Assembly: GCA_964016885.1 (NCBI GenBank) | Contig: OZ024741.1 | Span: 128,650,001-128,714,000, forward strand | Origin: Eledone cirrhosa | Lineage: Eukaryota | DNA length: 64,000 nucleotides | Direction of reading: 5' to 3' | Shown here: piece after piece, positions 59,552-64,000 of the stretch | Layout of the letters: each line of letters opens with the position of its first letter | How positions within the stretch are numbered: the first letter of the stretch is position 1 | The notes under the pieces: generated by a model | What the model saw: only the letters and a program-made list of their open reading frames with translations | What the model was told of the DNA's origin: nothing | The model's database searches: none | Position numbers and translations under genes: made by a program

Positions 59552-59818
59552 GTTGAGAAAGAGAGCAAAAGGAAGAAGGAACACTTGCACAACACGCTCC
59601 TGGAGTTGAGGGTTGTTCTATCGACGGGGTATTAAACAACCCATTTGTGGCGCCTCCCCCCTATTGGGGATTTCGATTGTTGTAATTGTTTGTTTTTATA
59701 TTTTTTACACGACTGTATGTAAAATCCCCGGCATGTCGTATTGTCGTATTGTCGTATTGTCCCCGGCATGTTGTATTGTCCCCTTTTCTTGTGCGCCCTT
59801 GTGGCTAATAAAGAAATA

Positions 59819-59865
<47 letters not shown>

Positions 59866-59939
59866 ATTTATTTCTCTCCGTCGATTTATCTATATATCTA
59901 TAAGTGTTTGTCCAACCAGTGGCTCTAAGAACAGTTCCT

Positions 59940-60352
59940 CGAACAACAACAACAAAGACAACGACGGCCAGACAGCCAGTCGTATATATATATATATGAG
60001 AGAGAGAGAGAAGGGGGTAGACAGTGAGAGTGAGAATCAGAGAGGGAGAGAGGGAGAGAGAGAACAACAACAACAAAGACGACGGCCAGACAGCCAGTCG
60101 TATATATATGTGAGAGAGAGAGGGGGGAGACAGAAAGAGTGAGAGAGAGAGAGAACAACAACAACAAAGACAACGACGACGGCCAGACAGCCAGTCGTAT
60201 ATATATGTGAGAGAGAGAGGGGGGGAGACAGAGAGAGTGAGAGTCAGAGAGGGAGAGAGAGAGAGAACAACAACAACAACAAAGACAACGACGACGGCCA
60301 GACGTATATATATGTGAGAGAGAGAGAGGGGGGGGGGGGGGGAGACAGGGAG

Positions 60353-60370
<18 letters not shown>
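59940..60370. repeat. Four tandem ~90-120-bp units with embedded microsatellites
   Basis: GAACAACAACAACAAAGAC..GACGGCCAGACAGCCAGTCG(TA)n(GA)n starting at about 59940, 60062, 60153 and 60265. Confidence 0.85.
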
Positions 60371-60396
<26 letters not shown>

Positions 60397-61471
60397 CAGA
60401 CAAGACAGATAATCCTTTTCTAATGTGGACTATCTATGCCCTATGCATAGAGACGTCGTTAGCTGACAGGGAGTAAATGTATTCTGAAATGAGAGACTTA
60501 AAGTTAAATGTCAACTTTTATGTTGTAGTATCATTGTTGTAAAGCCCCTGAATATTCATAGTATTCAGTCGATTATTTGGGACATCAATGGTGTAGAAGG
60601 TTTATGGAATATCAACTGAACGGATTCACAGCCTGCAAGTTGGTCGATGTAATTCCTCCGTCTGGTTACGCTCTGCGGTCTCAAACGTTTGAAGATTAAA
60701 TTCACAAACATTTGAGTATGAATGTCTTTCAGTTTATCAACGGAATCCAATCAAACTTTTGAATGAATGTACAACTTCTAAAATATAAATGAGGTGACAC
60801 GCGTCATAATTCAGTAGCGTTTACATTATCGGGTGTCGCGTGGAATAATGTATTTTACTACATCATTTATATGTAGCTGATCTGCACAGTAAAACAGGAA
60901 TAACTCAGTTTACCACGAGAGTCCTTCGTATGTAAAACCGCAGTATGAAGAAGTGAATGTAAATGAAAATACACAGATGCTCAAGCAATATTTTCTAGTC
61001 TTGTGTTGCACATTTAATCTTAGGTGTTTCACAATTCAGTACCCTGGATTCAGTTATTTAGCTGTTTTGCCATTGTAATATACCCAGAACAGAAATGTGT
61101 TTGAGAATCTGTTTGAAATGTGTTTGAATTTTTTTGCAAACCAGAAAGAAATGTTTCTCCTTTCATTATCGTAGATTTCTCTTCTGTCCGTGTGTGGGTG
61201 GGTGTGTGTGTGTGTGGGGGGGGGGGGGGTTTAAACCCGGATCAGACATATGATCAAAGGCTTTCTTTTTTTCCTCCATCCGTGACAAACACCCATCTTT
61301 TTCTGTTTCCTACTACATTATCATACGCGTCCTTTTAAAGACAGTAAGCTGTTATTGAGAGAGATTTAGCTGCTTTTCATTTCCTGCACTTTTGTACGAC
61401 CACATAGTTGATATCTCTTTGTCTCTTGTTTAGTAATATCTCCCTTTGAGAGAGTGTGTTAGTATGTGTGT

Positions 61472-61536
<65 letters not shown>

Positions 61537-61714
61537 TGTGTGTGTGTTTTCTATTTTGTGTTGCCTACGTATTTGTCATAAGTGTCCATAGGTTATCTGT
61601 CGTGGCAGCCATGTTTGTATGTAATCAAACAAAAGCAGACGATCTTTAACTAACTATACGCAGCAATAACTACAACAAACATTTCACCAATAACTACAGC
61701 AATAATTACAATAC

Positions 61715-62030
61715 TGGCATTCCGTCGGTTACGGCGACGAGTGTTCCAGTTGATACGATTAACGGAACAACCTGCTCGTGAAATTAACGTGCAAGTGGCT
61801 GAGCATTCCACAGACATGCGTACCCTTACCGTAGTTCTCAGGGAAATTCAGCATGATACTGAATATGACAATGCTGACCCTTCGAATTTCAGGTACAACT
61901 CATTTTTGCCATCTAAGTGTACTGGAGCAACGTGAAATAAAGTGATTGCTCAAGGACACAGCGCACCGCCGGGAATCGAACTCATGACTTACGATTGTGA
62001 GCCGAATTCCCTAAAGCCACGCACCTTCAC
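61715..62030 (-). mobile_element. CORE-type tRNA SINE, full length
   Basis: Reverse complement has GTTCGATTCCC B box and TGTGTCCTTGAGCAA; a decayed 3' part also occurs at ~29020-29190. Confidence 0.85.
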
Positions 62031-62154
62031 TTAACAACTATAATAACTACAACAACAACAAAAACAATAACTACAACAACAACAATAACTACAACAACAA
62101 TAACTACACAAACACAACAGTAATTACACTAACAACAACAACAACAGCAGCAGT

Positions 62155-62588
62155 AATAATGGTTTCTTATATAGGCACAAGGCCAGCAATTTTTTTTGGG
62201 GGGAAAGTCGATTAAATCGACCCCAGTGCGTTACTGGTACTTTATTTTATCGACCACGTAAGGATGAAAGGCAAAGCTAACCTCGGCGGGATTTGAACTC
62301 AGATCATAAAGGGCCGTAACTCTATGCATCAAAGCATGGTGTCCGACCCTCTACCGATACTGCCAATCCACCACCCTACAACAATAGTAACAACAATAAT
62401 TGTTTCTACTTTAGGCACAAGGCCAGCAATTATACCAGTACATTACTGGTACTTTATTTTATCGACCCCGTAAGGATGAAAGGCAAAGTTAACCTCGGCG
62501 GGATTTGAACTCAGTCCGTAAAGGGACGTAACTGTGCTACAAAGCATGACGTCCGACCCTCTACCGATACTGCCAATCCACCGCCCTG
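62155..62588 (-). mobile_element. Two tandem copies of the major tRNA SINE
   Basis: 62155-62378 and 62395-62588, homologous to 30176-30360. Confidence 0.88.
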
Positions 62589-62887
62589 CAAAAATAGTAA
62601 CAACAATAATAACAACAATAATTACAACAACAACAAATATACAAACAACTGAACATCGTTTCATTAAGTCTTTCTTTTCGTTTCTTATTGTTATTTATGG
62701 TTTCTTTTTATTTTTGATAGGGATATCACGAAGGATTCTATTTCATTCACTTATTTATTTCCTTCAGACCCCCCACCTCACTCCTCCACCTCCCCACAGG
62801 GTTTGCGGTAGGGCACTGATTTAGGGCTGGACCAGCTGTTATCACAAAACTCAAAATGGCAGCGGCAAAAAAAGTAGTAGTTATTTC

Positions 62888-62983
<96 letters not shown>

Positions 62984-63212
62984 GGTAGTGGTAGTGGTAG
63001 TGGTAGTGGTGATGGTGGTGGTGGTAGAAAGTAGTAGTAGTAGTAGTAGTGCTAGTGGTGGTGGTAGTAGAAGTAGTAGTAGCAGCAACAGTGGTTGTGG
63101 TGATTCTGGAGGTAGGGTGGCGGTGAGGGTACGTGATGCTTTGTTTCTATTTTCATAGCATCGCTTAACTACTACCACTACTACTACTACCACCACCATA
63201 GAGTTACCTCCC

Positions 63213-63352
63213 TTTATGATCTGAGTTCAAATCCCGCCGAGGTTAACTTTGCCTTACATCCTTACAGGGTCGATAAAATAAAGTACCAAAGTACCAGTAA
63301 TACACTGGGGTAATTGTTGGCCTGGTGCCAAAAGTAGAAACAGTTATTATTA
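63213..63352 (+). mobile_element. Major tRNA SINE, 5'-truncated
   Basis: GAGTTCAAATCCCGCCGAGGTTAAC...GGTGCCAAAAGTAGAAAC. Confidence 0.85.
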
Positions 63353-63441
63353 CCCAGTACATGACGTACTATCATTACTAATAACGATGTTATGATGGTG
63401 GCGGCGGCGGAAGCAGCAGCAGTAGCAGCAGCACGAGCAGC

Positions 63442-63472
<31 letters not shown>

Positions 63473-63836
63473 ATAGTAGTAGTAGTAGTAGTAGTAGTGA
63501 TGGGGGGGGTGAGATGGAGTTGGAAAGGGGAGTGTAAGGGTAAAGTGTGAGAATACTCGGTTATTATACCAATGATCAGTGGCTAGCTGTATTCTGAGGT
63601 CTTGGAGCAGAAGGAATCTGCCAGCGGTGGTTAGGAGAGGGTGAGAGATAGGGGATGAACCTTATATATTTGAACACGTACACATTCATACATACAACCA
63701 GACATACATACATACATACATATACAGACTGACATACATGCATAAATACATACATATATACACAAACACAGAGAGAGAGGGATCCATGCATATATACATA
63801 TAGACATACAATCACACAGACAAGCACACAGAAATG

Positions 63837-63873
<37 letters not shown>

Positions 63874-64000
63874 TTGATCAGAGTGTGGCTGATGAGGAAT
63901 ATAGATGCTTTTGTTCAGTATCTGTTTCTATTTATATGTCTGTGCGTAGGTTTTGTATCTGAGTATCTGAGTACGAATGATGTGTTATATATATATATAT

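Larger units (their letters stand above)
55200..59817 (+). mobile_element. Tx1/L1-group LINE, nearly full length but disrupted
   Basis: ORF1 with zinc knuckle, APE-RT ORF2, 3' UTR with AATAAA followed by (TATC)n. 5' boundary approximate. Confidence 0.9.

Noticed and set aside
63888-63930. Isolated CTGATGA motifs here and in LINE coding sequence (53157, 58688)
   Set aside because: No GAAA, stem III or stem I in the required arrangement.

Overview
Repeat-saturated metazoan DNA with no recognisable intact host gene. The (AT)n/(CA)n/(GA)n/(GGT)n load and the SINE families point to a coleoid cephalopod, probably Octopus (inference). Almost every ORF in the track is a microsatellite artefact. Real coding remnants are a frameshifted Tx1/L1-type LINE (55.2-59.8 kb), a decayed R4/Dong-like RLE LINE (52.5-54.6 kb, plus a fragment at 33.1 kb), a Penelope-like GIY-YIG endonuclease remnant (24.5-25.65 kb), a deleted mariner and RTE pieces. 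There are also tRNA-derived SINEs, MITEs and minisatellites. The main signal is non-coding. Many short unique islands between (AT)n tracts (18-52 kb) carry type I hammerhead ribozyme (HHR) folds, about 15 full or degenerate copies from several unrelated families, usually inside Penelope-style inverted repeats. Two are terminally redundant, highly structured, non-coding monomers of about 318 and 429 nt that look like retrozymes (circRNA-forming non-autonomous retroelements). One family carries a compensatory U3-A8 core variant. A separate RTE-derived non-autonomous element starts with a twister-like fold. All RNA structures were paired by eye and need covariance-model and cleavage tests.
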